In this document: piece after piece, positions 1-11,900 of the stretch
Position numbering within the stretch: the first letter of the stretch is position 1
Layout: the number at the start of each line of letters is the position of its first letter
NCBI GenBank assembly: GCA_043228905.1
Contig: JBHGNT010000010.1
Location: 10,974,001 to 11,038,000, forward strand
DNA length: 64,000 nt
Reading direction: 5' to 3'
Source of the DNA: Azolla caroliniana
Lineage: Eukaryota; Plantae; Polypodiophyta
Notes under the pieces: generated by a model
What the model saw: only the letters and a program-made list of their open reading frames with translations
Database searches by the model: none
Told to the model about the DNA's origin: nothing
Program-made: the position numbers and the translations under genes

Positions 1-751
1 CAAGAAGATATGTTTATTCAGTCCATATGTCAAAATTGTCCTCCTAGTGGAGGATAAAAACTCTATGTATTATATTCTCTCCCTCTCCGTCTCCCTACCC
101 ATCCCCATCCCTCTCTCTCTCTCAAAAGTATAAACAGCATGACTATGCAAATAACCCTTGCTGTCCCTACAACAAAAGTGAGGATCTTATTGCAAAATAA
201 ACATCTAAAGTGTTGCAGGAATAGCTGACATACAGGTAGCTCTTCCAAAGACAAGGCATCTAATGATCTCGGTTACAGGAACTGGCAAATCAAATTTCCT
301 TTTAGCCTATCTACTTATTGTGGTCCCCCAAGGACCATCATCAAAAAAGAAAACATTTTTCAACTTCCAATTGCTCAACAGACTGCATATACCTATGGTA
401 GTCAACCATTGCCTTACATAATGCCTCATTGAAAATTCACTGAAATGGTGACAAAATTTTCTCACTAACAATGCCCAAAGTTGTAACATAAAAAACCCAA
501 ATGGCTTTTGCATCGACAGTTAATGTACAAAACACCTCCATCTTGATCCTTGTACAAGAAAAACGTGTCCCACATAAAATGTGTTGCCATCTTAAAGATA
601 CCACAACAGAAACACATTGCACATAATGGAATATGAGATTTTCATGCTGGGTTCAACTTCGAATGCCACCATCATATACAACAGGTAACGTGCCATGTAA
701 CGAAGCCCTACCTTCAATCAATTTCTGGAAGACAGCATCTCTCTCTTCCGT

Positions 752-906
752 AGTTAGCTTATGCTAGTGGTATGTTGTTAGACTACCGAGACAAGACCTT
801 GGGTTCAAGGCACAGCGTTCTTAATTCACTAGATGCCACAGTGGAATGTAGGGGTTGAGCGCATGACCTTCTGGTCTCCGCCAGACAACCTTACCGACTG
901 AGCTAC
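752..906. other. Two degenerate tRNA-like (SINE-head-like) sequences in convergent inverted orientation
   Basis: + arm TAGCTT..CTAGTGGTA...GGGTTCAAGG; - arm TAGCTCAGTCGGTAAGG...GGTCATGCGCTCAACCC. The two arms are weakly similar to each other. Confidence 0.35.
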
Positions 907-969
907 AGAAACAGACATCATATCTCTCTCACACAGAGATTAATTTATATATACATAGAAAGGACATAC

Positions 970-1113
970 CAGAGTAAGGCGAGATTTTGTGGAAGAAGAA
1001 GAAGAAGAAGTCGCAGCTGTAGAAGCGTCTTGAGAGATGTTCAGTAGATACCATCGCTTGAATCTCAATGCACAACAGTGTCTGCTAAGACGAGGTGTCC
1101 GAGCCCACGACAT
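970..1113 (-). CDS. Possible first coding exon of an unidentified host gene running off the left edge
   Basis: ATG at 1113 gives MSWARTPRLSRHCC...SSSSSSTKSRLTL (Arg/Ser-rich, transit-peptide-like), followed by donor CTG|GTATGT. A CT-rich leader lies upstream. I could not assemble downstream exons into an open frame. Confidence 0.3.
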
Positions 1114-1296
1114 CGCCACGCACACCCAGCAGAAGGAAGGCAGGGGCAGACAGAGAGAGAAATAGAGAGAGAGTGCGTTTTTTGTTGGATGGGGTTTTAA
1201 ACCTAGAGAATTATATGTGTGTGTGACTTTGTGTCTTCTTCTTTATGTTGTTGTGTTTGTTATGTTATTGAGGAATTAGGATGCATGTGTTTAATA

Positions 1297-1369
1297 TGTT
1301 ATGTTATGTTATGTTACGTAACACGTTATGTTATCTTATGTAATGTATGTATGTATGTATGTATGTATG

Positions 1370-1426
<57 letters not shown>
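1297..1426. repeat. Compound microsatellite (TGTTA)n-(TATG)n-(TG)n
   Basis: Directly visible. Confidence 0.95.
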
Positions 1427-1428
<2 letters not shown>

Positions 1429-2209
1429 TGTAGTTTGGAAATTTATGCAATGGTTCATGCATGGGATGTCACACACAGTCTTGGGACTTGCTAGCTTTGA
1501 GCTTGTCCAACTGCAAGTTTTTCTTTTAACGACATGTTTACGTCAAAGAAGAGTGAAAGAACCTACAAATTTATTTGTTAGGACCAGTTTTCTCTGTTCC
1601 TTTTTTGAAAAGATGTCATCTAGAACTTTATGGATTAGTCTCCATTTCAAGCAGTCTATTCAACGGTCAATCAAGAAACCTAATAGTTGATTCAACAAGA
1701 CTTTTTAAGGCTACAAATTTAACACTCTCACATGTTCAACCAAAAATAACTATTTAATGATTTACCTCTTTCATTATTATAATACTCTAGAACGTAAACA
1801 AAACCTAGGTTGGTTTCGAAAGTTAGTGGTAAGTGTCTTGGAGAGCCATGTAGTAACCTTCGATTTTGACTCTTCAAAAGGGTCGTAGTTTGTTTTTTTT
1901 AGCTCGAAGCCACCATTATTTAATAATGAATCATTGTATTATTTTTTCACAAACTTGAGAATTGGAGTTGTCAAATGATAACATTTATAGTTGTAAATAG
2001 TTGTAGGGGTGTTTATTGTTCAATTAGTTGTTGACATTCAAGGGTGTTATGAGAAATTTTGCAATTAGTGATTTGGATATGTAACATTTGTTTGCAATCA
2101 AATGAAAAAAACATGTTTATGGGTGGCCTTTTTTTGTTTACTCCATTGAAGAGAAGAATTAGGGTGGCCAAATGTGTGGAAGAACCCAAAAATGAAGATT
2201 GAATACCTA

Positions 2210-3075
2210 AAGGTCAGTTAACCAACAAAATACTCCTAAAATTCCATGAAACACCGAAACTACCCACCCATTTTCAGAATTCTCAAGGTATCATTTTAGT
2301 TGTTAGATTCTTAGATACTCTTTCCTCTTTCTACAATCTTCCGCTTTAACCTAGTGGTAAGAACCATGCCTATAATAAAGAGATCCTGGCCACTTGCAAG
2401 TTAGGGTTTTCTCAACGTATCGAGTTTGGAATACTCAAAGGGATAGGAAAATATACACATCATTGGATAGATTATTTGTTTACATGGCATGCCTTATGAT
2501 TGGAATACATGTTAACAACCTTTTTTATCAAGACCATAATTTATAATAGGTGAAATAATTGTGTGTTATGTTTCTCTTTTATATGACGTTAAGAACCTCT
2601 CTTGGTCACAATGATCTTCATCACTCCTTTCTTCATGAATATGACCATGATGATCTTGATCTCTCCTCTCGTGGCCACAACAATCTCTGTCGCTCGCTTC
2701 TTCATGGACACGACCATGATGGTCTTGACCTCTCCTCTCGTGGTGACCATGATCTTCATTGCACATCCATTCATAACTGCAACCATGAATATCATGATCA
2801 ATACTCGCATTCACACATTCAGGCTTCATAATAACATGAAAGTTCACCGATATTTGTTAGCATTACAAAATCCATAACTTTGCCTCGTGGTTTGGAGACA
2901 TGTGTAGATCTCCTTGTTGATTCTTGAACCTAAGAAGATCATCAAATTGTGCATGGGAAACATTAGTCTAAACACCATCATTCTACACATCACCATGTTG
3001 AGCATCATCATTTTGGGCATCATCATGTTGGCTAGCCACATTTTTGTGTGGTTGAGCATATGTAGAACCGTCAAC
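2210..3075 (-). pseudogene. Decayed ORF remnant with His/Asp-rich repeats, family unknown (possibly DNA-transposon associated)
   Basis: DHGHHERRGQDHHGRVHEE / GHERRDQDHHGHIHEE is encoded by ~69-bp imperfect repeats. Protein-like frames with multiple stops lie on both sides. Confidence 0.3.
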
Positions 3076-3503
3076 ATTAGTGGAAATTTAAAGCTTTATG
3101 TTAACAAAAGGTATAACATCCTAAAATATCACTTTTCACACTTCCACCTCCTTTATGGGCTCCTTATGCATATTGGTTTCATTGAAAACAACATCACTAT
3201 TTCTTATTACAATACATGTGTCATGATCTCATAAGAGATATTTGAATTGCTCATCGAATTCTATAACAAAAAAAAAGTATTTTATACATGGATTGTTGTT
3301 AAAACAACTCTTGCCCAAAACCTTGTGAGAGGTTTGTGTTAGAGTCTGAGACCATCAAGAGTAGAACATAGACAACATCACAACATAAAGAGCAACAAAT
3401 TGATCTTAGATACAGAATCAAATGAACAAATTAATCAAGACAACTTAGTAGTAAACGAGATCAAGAGCCAATAGAGACACAGACAGACAGAGGCATAAAG
3501 ATG

Positions 3504-5257
3504 TGTTGAGATATCAAGCTCAACTATATTTAATTAGTTAGTCAACACACATAACTTAGTATCTAATTAGTGTGTTGACCTTAAAGCCTTAAATAGGATT
3601 TTGTACTTAAGTGGGATACATTGTAGATCCTCCACTCCCATGTTCATTTAATATAGGACTTACACCTTTGTACCTATATCCTACTCACACATGGTCACCC
3701 TTGCACATGAGATGTATATATACCTCATTATGGGTATTTTTGTATTTGATGATGCCTTTTAATATACACTCTAGTAAATCATCCCCCATTTACATTATTG
3801 TTCATAAGTATATCTTCCTCTCTCTCTTCCTCTCACACACATATCACATAATCTTCCATTGCTTAACTACTCACATAATTAGTCACTAATTAACCCTAGT
3901 TAATTACCTGATTATTAACATGGTATCAAAGCGTGTGGTTTAGCACATCCACTAAGCCCACCCGACTCTTCGTGATTGTGTGTTCAAGATGCCGACGACA
4001 AATCTGGCTATCCGCAACCGTAGTGCTGCTACGTAGCACATGTACGTGGCCAAAGGAAGAAAAGCCAAGAAGGAAGACACTACATCAACATGAACAAACA
4101 AACGGGTAGCTTGCTCCCTAGTGAAAACTAGATCGAAACAATTATTCATCTTGGGAGTACAAGATGAACAAATACCTAGTCGGCCAAGGGTATTGGAGCT
4201 ACATCAATGACGCACAAGAAAATTGACCCGACCAAAAGAACGCCAACTACCCAACATGGGAGCAAGCAGTGAGTCGAGTCATGTATTGCTTAATAACATG
4301 TGTCCACGATCACATGCTTAGCCACATTCGAGATGCCAAGATGCCTAAAGAGGCGTGGGAGAATCTCAAGAAGATTTTCACTGCCAATACAACGGCACAC
4401 AAGCTTCAACTCTGGCAAGAGTTGAACAACATACGACAAAAAGATATGTCTGTGTCAGACTACACTGCTAGGATCAAGAGCATATGTGACTCGCTTGGCT
4501 CTAGCAACATAAATGTCGACGAAGACGAGATGGTTCCACTATGCTTGGGTGGCCTCGCACGACAATTTGACTCGTTGAGGCTGGAAATCTTGGCGAGGGA
4601 AACCCCTCCTTCATTCTTTGACCTTCAATCAATGCTATTGGTTGAAGGGAACCACGTCCAAACCAAAACCAAGACATCGGAAGGACAAATGTTCTTCTCG
4701 AATTTGGATGGTGGATGAGGACGAGGTCTAGACGGTAGAAGAGATTGGTCGAATCCGACGCCTCACATCACATGACATCCCACGAAGAGTGGTTCAGTGA
4801 TTTGCGCACACCCGATCGACCTGGTCACATAGAGACGGGAGACGACACCACACATCCCATTCGGCACATCGACAATGTCCCATTTGGGAAAGAAGGCGAA
4901 CAAACTTGCATCAAGAATGTCTTACACATGCCCACAATAACAAAGAATGTGGTCTCGGTCGGCCAAATCGTGGAGCAAGGCATGCAAGTTCGTTTCAACA
5001 ACAAAGGATGCTTCATCGAGAAAGATGGCCGACTCATAGCTAAAGGATGGAGAGACGACCGAATGTTCATTCTCCATTCGAACGAGGTGAAATCGGCATG
5101 TATGCCAAAGGTCTCAAAACCGAGACGAACATCGAGTCGTGGCACAAACGAATCAACCACATAAACCACCAACGGCTTCGAGCAATGCAATCAAAGGGAG
5201 TCATCATCTAGCTTCCGACATTCGAGCCGAAACAACTCGACCGAGTGTGCGAAGGGT
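3504..5257 (+). mobile_element. Copia element A, 3'-truncated (5' LTR 3504-3920, PBS 3921-3932, broken gag/protease/GAG-pre-integrase)
   Basis: LTR TGTTGAG...TTAACA followed by TGGTATCAAAGC (tRNA-iMet-type PBS). ORFs 4269-4718 (gag) and 4745-5164 (DASHHMT protease). LTR is homologous to 54508-54945. Confidence 0.85.
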
Positions 5258-5539
5258 AAAAGCATGCGAGTGGAAATTCTATTATAGCTAATTAGCTACT
5301 AAAATGGCCACATCTAATTAGCTATTTGTTTAGCTAGTTTTTTGTGAGAAAATCATAAGGATGGTTTACAAAATTTTATGTTTTATTAGTTAAATACATG
5401 TCATTTTATTTATGAGAATACTCAAATATTTGAAATTTGGTTTCTGACGTAGTGGAACATGGGGAATAGTGTCATCATCTAAGGTCGACTCGAATGTCAT
5501 CAAATTCTTGATAATCCTGAGTTCGAGTTCGAACTCCAA

Positions 5540-7070
5540 ACAGATGGAGTACTCTGAGCATGAATGCAGACGAAGCCCCTGCAGCAGCACAAAAACTCTG
5601 AGATCGACATTGCACCTTTAGAGCTACAACACACGAGCAAGTTGATCCTTGTCCAGGTATGTATTAGTTACATATTAAAAAAACTTTTTTTTTCCTTTCT
5701 GATAATTGTCTGTAACTTTGTGCTTGTTCAGCTTTCCCAAAAATCGAATAGGGCGAAGTTGTTGGAGTCCCAAACAAGGATGACTCGAAGATCGGGGTGT
5801 AGCAGAAGGTGTGTTTTTGATTGATAGAATTTCGTAGTACGGTTGATTTCTGCCTTTAGTGATGATTAGGGTTTGTGTTTCCCTTAAGTGGTTTAGGGTT
5901 TCTAATTACAAATTTCAGATTACAAGTTTCTGGTTACAAATTTCTAATTACAAATTTTTGATTACTGTTGCAATGTGTCGTAATTTTGCACCAATTCTCA
6001 TGAAAAATTCTGATTAGGGTTTTTGATTTTTTAAGTGGTTGATTTCTGATACATGTTGAAAAGGATAGATTACAAATTTCAAATTATTGTCTCAAAGTGT
6101 TGTAATTTTGCACCAAATTCACATTAAAAATTCTGTTTTTGCACCAATTCTAATTACTGATTTTCTATTTCAGGTGGCTCGTTCCTCCCTATCCTAGAGT
6201 GCTGAACTTCGCAAAATTTTCCGAGACAAAGGAGGACTTTCACAACATATATGGTCTGTCGCTTGAGGGTATTGGCCCTGCTGTTCTAACAAATAGATTG
6301 ATTAGTGATGTAGATTGAATGTCAATATATAAAGTGCCTAGAGTGAAAGGCAAGGTCAAGGTCAAGCATGTATGACCGAACTTGTACGACGACTGCATGA
6401 GACTGCACTAGAAAGTACATCAAGAGATCCCGGCCAACAACAAGTTGTCCGTTTCATTTGCTAGAGCTTTTGCATACGAGTATTGCAAAACAACAAAGGA
6501 ATCTCGTGACCCTGAAATGTACAAGGTAGCTTGGGCAATTTATGGTGAGGCATCGATAGAAAGATGTCGGAAGATGGGGAGTTTGCAACAAAAAATGGGA
6601 AGATTTTGGAGCATGGCAGTTGATGATGCAACTGCCGACTCCCAACAAACTTGCAAGTATTGTCCGTTTCATTTGCTAGAGCTTTTGCATACGAGTATTG
6701 CAAAACAACAAAGGAATCTCGTGACCCTGAAATGTACAAGGTAGCTTGGGCAATTTATGGTGAGGCATCGATAGAAAGATGTCGGAAGATGGGGAGTTTG
6801 CAACAAAAAATGGGAAGATTTTGGAGCATGGCAGTTGATGATGCAACTGCCGACTCCCAACAAACTTGCAAGTATATGCCACACCGACACACAATGAAAG
6901 CCAATGTCGATGATACAGGTGAGACATTGATTAGCTATATGCTAAAAAATGTCCATGAAGCCTATTAGACATTGGAGGTTTTTAAGACTGATTTAGAGAA
7001 AGCAACATTGGTTGCTGCGATGGAGAGCAAAGTCAGTTTGGTAGTTACAACAATCAGAAATAAGATTCAG
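5540..7070 (+). pseudogene. Degenerate intron-containing ORF of unknown family (likely transposon-borne)
   Basis: After acceptor TTTCAG (~6173) one frame reads WLVPPYPRVLNFAKF...KVHQEIPANNKLSVSFARAFAYEY...KVAWAIYGE with three in-frame stops. Donor/acceptor-like sites at ~5657/5731 and ~7071. Confidence 0.4.
6446..6875. repeat. 215-bp tandem duplication, copies apparently identical
   Basis: 6446-6660 repeats at 6661-6875. Confidence 0.95.
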
Positions 7071-7089
7071 GTACCTATTGTTTTGCTAG

Positions 7090-8745
7090 TATGTAATATT
7101 TTACATCTGAGACTTAAGAACAAAAGACACAGAAAATAGAACGAGCTGGTGTAAACGTGATGAAGGAATAAAAAGGTCTCCCCATCATTCCAACTCGCCT
7201 CCGACACGGGACATCCAACGATATAATGAAGGTGCTAGGTTTATATTCTGGACAACGTTGTTGAGTTCACATTTCGAGAAGTGCTAGGGATCTTGAAGAA
7301 AGAGTTCCATGAAGTGTTCATTGATGAAATCTGGAGAAAGAGATAGATGGTTGAAGAAATGAGCGACGTAAATATTGTCTAAATATAGGAAGAAGGTGAG
7401 GATATTGAGACTACATTATTAGCTGAAGTACAAAGTACCAACATATAGCGTAGTCACAAGGAATAAATAAGCCATTACACGTGCACACACTAGGTTTGAG
7501 CAATAAACGAGGCGCCAATTAGAGTTGAAGATTAGATGAAACCGTGTGTAGACCTCATCAACCATGACTCTAAGATCAACATCATATTGTCTGATTACTA
7601 CAATTGCGAGAGGTGGCCAATAGAGAGGAATCATGGTTGGAAGATCTAAGTAGTGATCAAGCTTGTGGAGGATTTGTGCTATGCATACGCCAATGTAAAT
7701 GTTACGATTGGGGATGTGTCTATCAATCAAAACTTATTCATTCAATAGTGGTCTTTGTATCTCGTAATCCTAGGGTAGCTATACATCAAAGTGGTACGAA
7801 TGGAGACTAAGGTGATTGATAATAGAGCAACATTTGTGAGTATCCGAGTCTAGATGGGAAGAGGTCAATACAATTCCTTATTTTCTGACCGAATCATGAG
7901 AGGAACAAGGAGCATTTGCATCATCCACTACAAGAGGTGGAGGATTTCGTACATGATTTCTAGGATAGGCCCTTATAAAAATGGGCTCTGATGGCTTGAG
8001 GGAGGTAAGAAGACCTATTCGTAAAGTTGAAGATAAGGGTAGAGTATGTGTAGCTTTGGTAGATGATGCAACTAAAGTAGAAGATTTTGAAGAAAAGAAA
8101 TTCAGAAAAATAGATTTAAAGACTTACAAAGTAGTGGTCCGATTAATTCGAAAGAAAAACTAGTGAACATATTCAAAGATATAATAGGAGAGCTGGAGTC
8201 TCTGATGACTAAGGAGGATGAAGTTAAAGTTGTGATAAAATCTATCAAGATGTCAAAGCAATCAAGGAGTATGCTTAGGATGAAGAAAACTCGAGTAATC
8301 ACAACATACAAAACTATGGAGAAGAAAGTCTAGCCAACAACAACACCACTTCCAAAAGACAATGAAAAAGTGATGAAGGGGGTGTCGGGCAAGCCAATTC
8401 TCTGGGATATGAAGAAAGTAGGGCATAAATTCATGGAAGAAACAATTAAAGAACTGAGAATTTGAGGATGTGATTTTCTATCACCTACGAAATAAGTGAA
8501 ATTTAGGAAAAGACTAGGGTGACACAAGAAAACATTCTGCTTTAGTCTCGAAGAAATCGGATGAGTGGATCCGAAAATGGTTAAAATGATGGCCATCTCC
8601 ACGATCCCACACATTCCATTGATTTTGAAGCCAATTATAGTGCCATGAGGAAGGATCTCATAGGTAATCGAGCTTCTAAAGGAATATTAAGTCAAAATGG
8701 GTATTTTGGAACCATTGACTGCTCCATACTCAAGTAGGTGGTTTA
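7090..8745 (+). mobile_element. Highly decayed Ty3/gypsy remnant (protease to start of RT)
   Basis: DLINHDSKINII (~7552) resembles an ALIDxGSEINI protease motif. EEIG.VDP...TIPHIP...KMGILEP..APYSSRWF resembles an RT N-terminus. Many stops. Confidence 0.6.
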
Positions 8746-8977
8746 TGTTGAATACGAGTGTATAATGGCCGTATTCACACTGTCCCTTTGGAAAGACTAG
8801 GTTTAGGAAATTTATGTAAATATGTTTAAGGCCAGTTTCCCTAACCCAGTTAGTATATAACTGGCCTTGTAAGCCAGTTCATAATGTTGTTGAAGGTTAT
8901 TGTTTCCATTTGTTGTAACTTCTATTTTGAATAATACAATTTCTTCTTGGGTGCCTTGTTGAGAATCAAGCTCAACA
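8746..8977 (+). mobile_element. Orphan copia-type LTR related to element E LTR
   Basis: Starts TGTTGAATACGAGTGTATAATGGCCGTATTCACAC (E starts TGTCGAATACATGTGTATAATGGACGTATTCACAC) and ends TCAACA. No matching TSD. Confidence 0.6.
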
Positions 8978-11900
8978 TAGTGTAATGTGTGAACACACCT
9001 TTTCAGAATCTATGATTACTCAAAGGTCAAGAGTGACACTACTACTCTCTACACATTAACTATGTGTCATAGAATCATATTCTATGACGCATAACTAATG
9101 AGTTATATATTCCCCATGACTATGAGTCTTCACATTCCCCAAGAGAGAGTGTTTGTTGTAGTTAGTTAATGAAGAGAGAGGGTGACTATATATAAAGCAC
9201 CCTCCTCATACTTCATTCTAAGTTGGTTGTGACTCCTTGTAATGCTACATTTTGTATTTGTTATTTTACTTGTCAATATACATCTTCTTCTTCTTGAGTA
9301 TTTCATTTCTCTAGCTCATCTATCATGTGTTTCTCTTCTCTTCTCTCCTTTCTCTCACATATAACACACATCTCTTCCGCTACATAAGAATCATGTCCGA
9401 TTCTTTACATGGTATTAGAGCGGTTTGGTAGCTCGATCTAGCCCATCCGCGTGTGTTGTGTTCTACGTCGACGTTCGAGAAGAACCGGTCCATCGATATT
9501 GTAGTGCGACTACATAGCTCGTATTCGAGAGAGAAGGAAAAGAAAAGAAGGAAGAAATATTCATTGACAATGAATACTCAAATGGGGAGCGCTCTCCCTA
9601 GCGAGAAGCTAGATCGAAACAACTTTGCATCTTGGGAGTACAAGATGCACCAATACCTTGTCGACCAAGGCTATTGGGGTTACATCAAAGGAGCACAAGA
9701 AAACCGACCCGACCCAAAAGACGCCGACTATGCAACATGGGAGCAAGCGGCAAGCCGAGTGATGTATTGCTTGGTGACATGTGTTCACGACCACATGCTC
9801 GGCTACATTCGAGAAGCCGAGATGCCAAAGGAAGCGTGGGAGAATCTACGAAAGATTTTCACCGCCAACACAACTGTGGAAAGCTTCAACTCCGCCAAGA
9901 GTTGAACAACATCCAACAAAGGGATATCACAAGCTACACCTTGAAGATCAAGGAGTGTTGCGACTCACTCAGCTCGATAAGCATCAATGTGGACGATGAT
10001 GAGATGGTGCAATTATGCCTCGGCAGCCTTGCACCACGGTTCGGTGCGATAAGGACCACCGCATTAGCACAAGAGGATCCACCCTCCTTCTTAGATCTTC
10101 AATCCATGTTGTTGGTCGAAGAAAACCATGTTCAAACTGTTGGGTATATGTCCCTCCAGTGGGAGGATGATCCGACTGTTCGGAAAGCCGACAGTGGAAG
10201 AGTCGGAAAACAGGAGCCGAGTTGATGAGGAACTCGGCCGAGGCCGAAACCGGAATCGTGTAAATAGCCAACTCGAGAGACTATATTTGTAAATAGTCTT
10301 AGTGTGCGCCCCATGAGGGCTACGTATGTAAATAACCAGAAAGTTGTGTAAGTATATATTCAACTAGGGCAAACATGTTGTGTATGGATGAACTGTGTGG
10401 GAGAGAGTGTGGGAGAGAGAGAAGCTTTAGCCGCGCCATACTGACAATGGTGCCGAGTACAAAGGGAAGTTCGAAGAATACTGCAAGTGCCAAGGTATTC
10501 GGATCGAATACACAGTGCCAAAGACCCCAGAATTGAACGGGCTTGCAAAGAGGATGAATCGAACGATCATGGAGAGAGTAAGGAGCATTCTCTCTCATGC
10601 GAAACTACCGAAATCCTATTGGGTTGAGGCGTTATATACAGCTATTTACTTGATCAATAGGTCTCCCTCAATACCTCTAAAGGGTGATGTCCCACAGAGG
10701 GTGTGGACAGGGAAGGATGTCTCCTACCAACACCTGAGGGTGTTTGGATGTTTTGCGTATATGCATGTACCAAAGGATCAGAGATCAAAGCTCGAAAGCA
10801 AGTCGAAAGCATGCATATTCATGGGATACTCGGAAGATGAGTTCGGCTACAAGCTATGGGACCTAGTCGACAGGAAGGTAGTGAGTAGTCGGGATGTAGT
10901 CTTTCTAGAAGACAAGACAATTGAAGACTGGAAGCAACAGAAGTCGGAACTGACCCCCCAGTCAACCTCGACTACCATCGACTTAAGGCCAAGTGAGTCG
11001 TCACTGGCAGCTGTAAGGAGACAGTTGGCCGACAGAGCCAAATCCGAGTCGGTCGACCCGGAAAGACCGACAGACTATAAGTCGGAGTCGGTAGATCTGC
11101 TAAAATCAATTGAGGAATATGAGTTGGAGTTGTCCAACCTGGAGATGCCGATTGATGAGCAGAATCCCGAGCAAAGAGAAGAGTTGGCAGAGACATCCGA
11201 AAAAGAGCCAACAATGAGTGGAAGAAGATACCCACTCACAGAAAGGAAGGCACCGACTACATATGCCAGTGAATATGTCCTCTTGACTGATGACGGCGAA
11301 CTAGAGTGCTATGAAGAAGCCATTGCCGACGAGAGCAGAGAAAAATGGTTGAACGCAATGCAATAGAAGATGGAATCCTTGCACGCGAATTACACCTATG
11401 ACCTAGTAGAGCTGCCAAAAGGTAAGAGGGCACTCAAGAATAAATGGGTCTACAAGGTGAAGACTGGAGAAGTTGTCAACGAGCCCATGTATAAAGCCCA
11501 CATAGTGGTGAAGGGTTTCCAATAGAAGAAGGGCGTCGACTTTGACGAAATATTCGCACCAGTCGTGAAGATGACATCGATTCGAACTGTTCTGAGCATA
11601 GCGGCCAACATGGATCTGGAGATCGAACAATTGGATGTCAAAACCACATTTCTGCACGGGGATCTAGAAGAAGAAATCTACATGCAGCAACCCAAAGGCT
11701 TTGAGGAGAAAGGAAAAGAGAATCTGGTGTGTCGACTGAGGAAAAGCTTGTACGGACTAAAACAAGCTCCACGCCAATGGTACAAGAAATTCGAGTCCTT
11801 CATGGTGGAACATCGATTCCAGAAAACACAGGCCATTCACTGTGTGTTCGTCAAAAGGTATGAGGAAGGAGATTTCTTGATTCTCTTGTTATACGTCAAT

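Noticed and set aside
63-724. Further exons of the left-edge gene
   Set aside because: The candidate acceptor at ~725 leads to a stop after 23 codons, and the other ORFs show no recognisable protein features.
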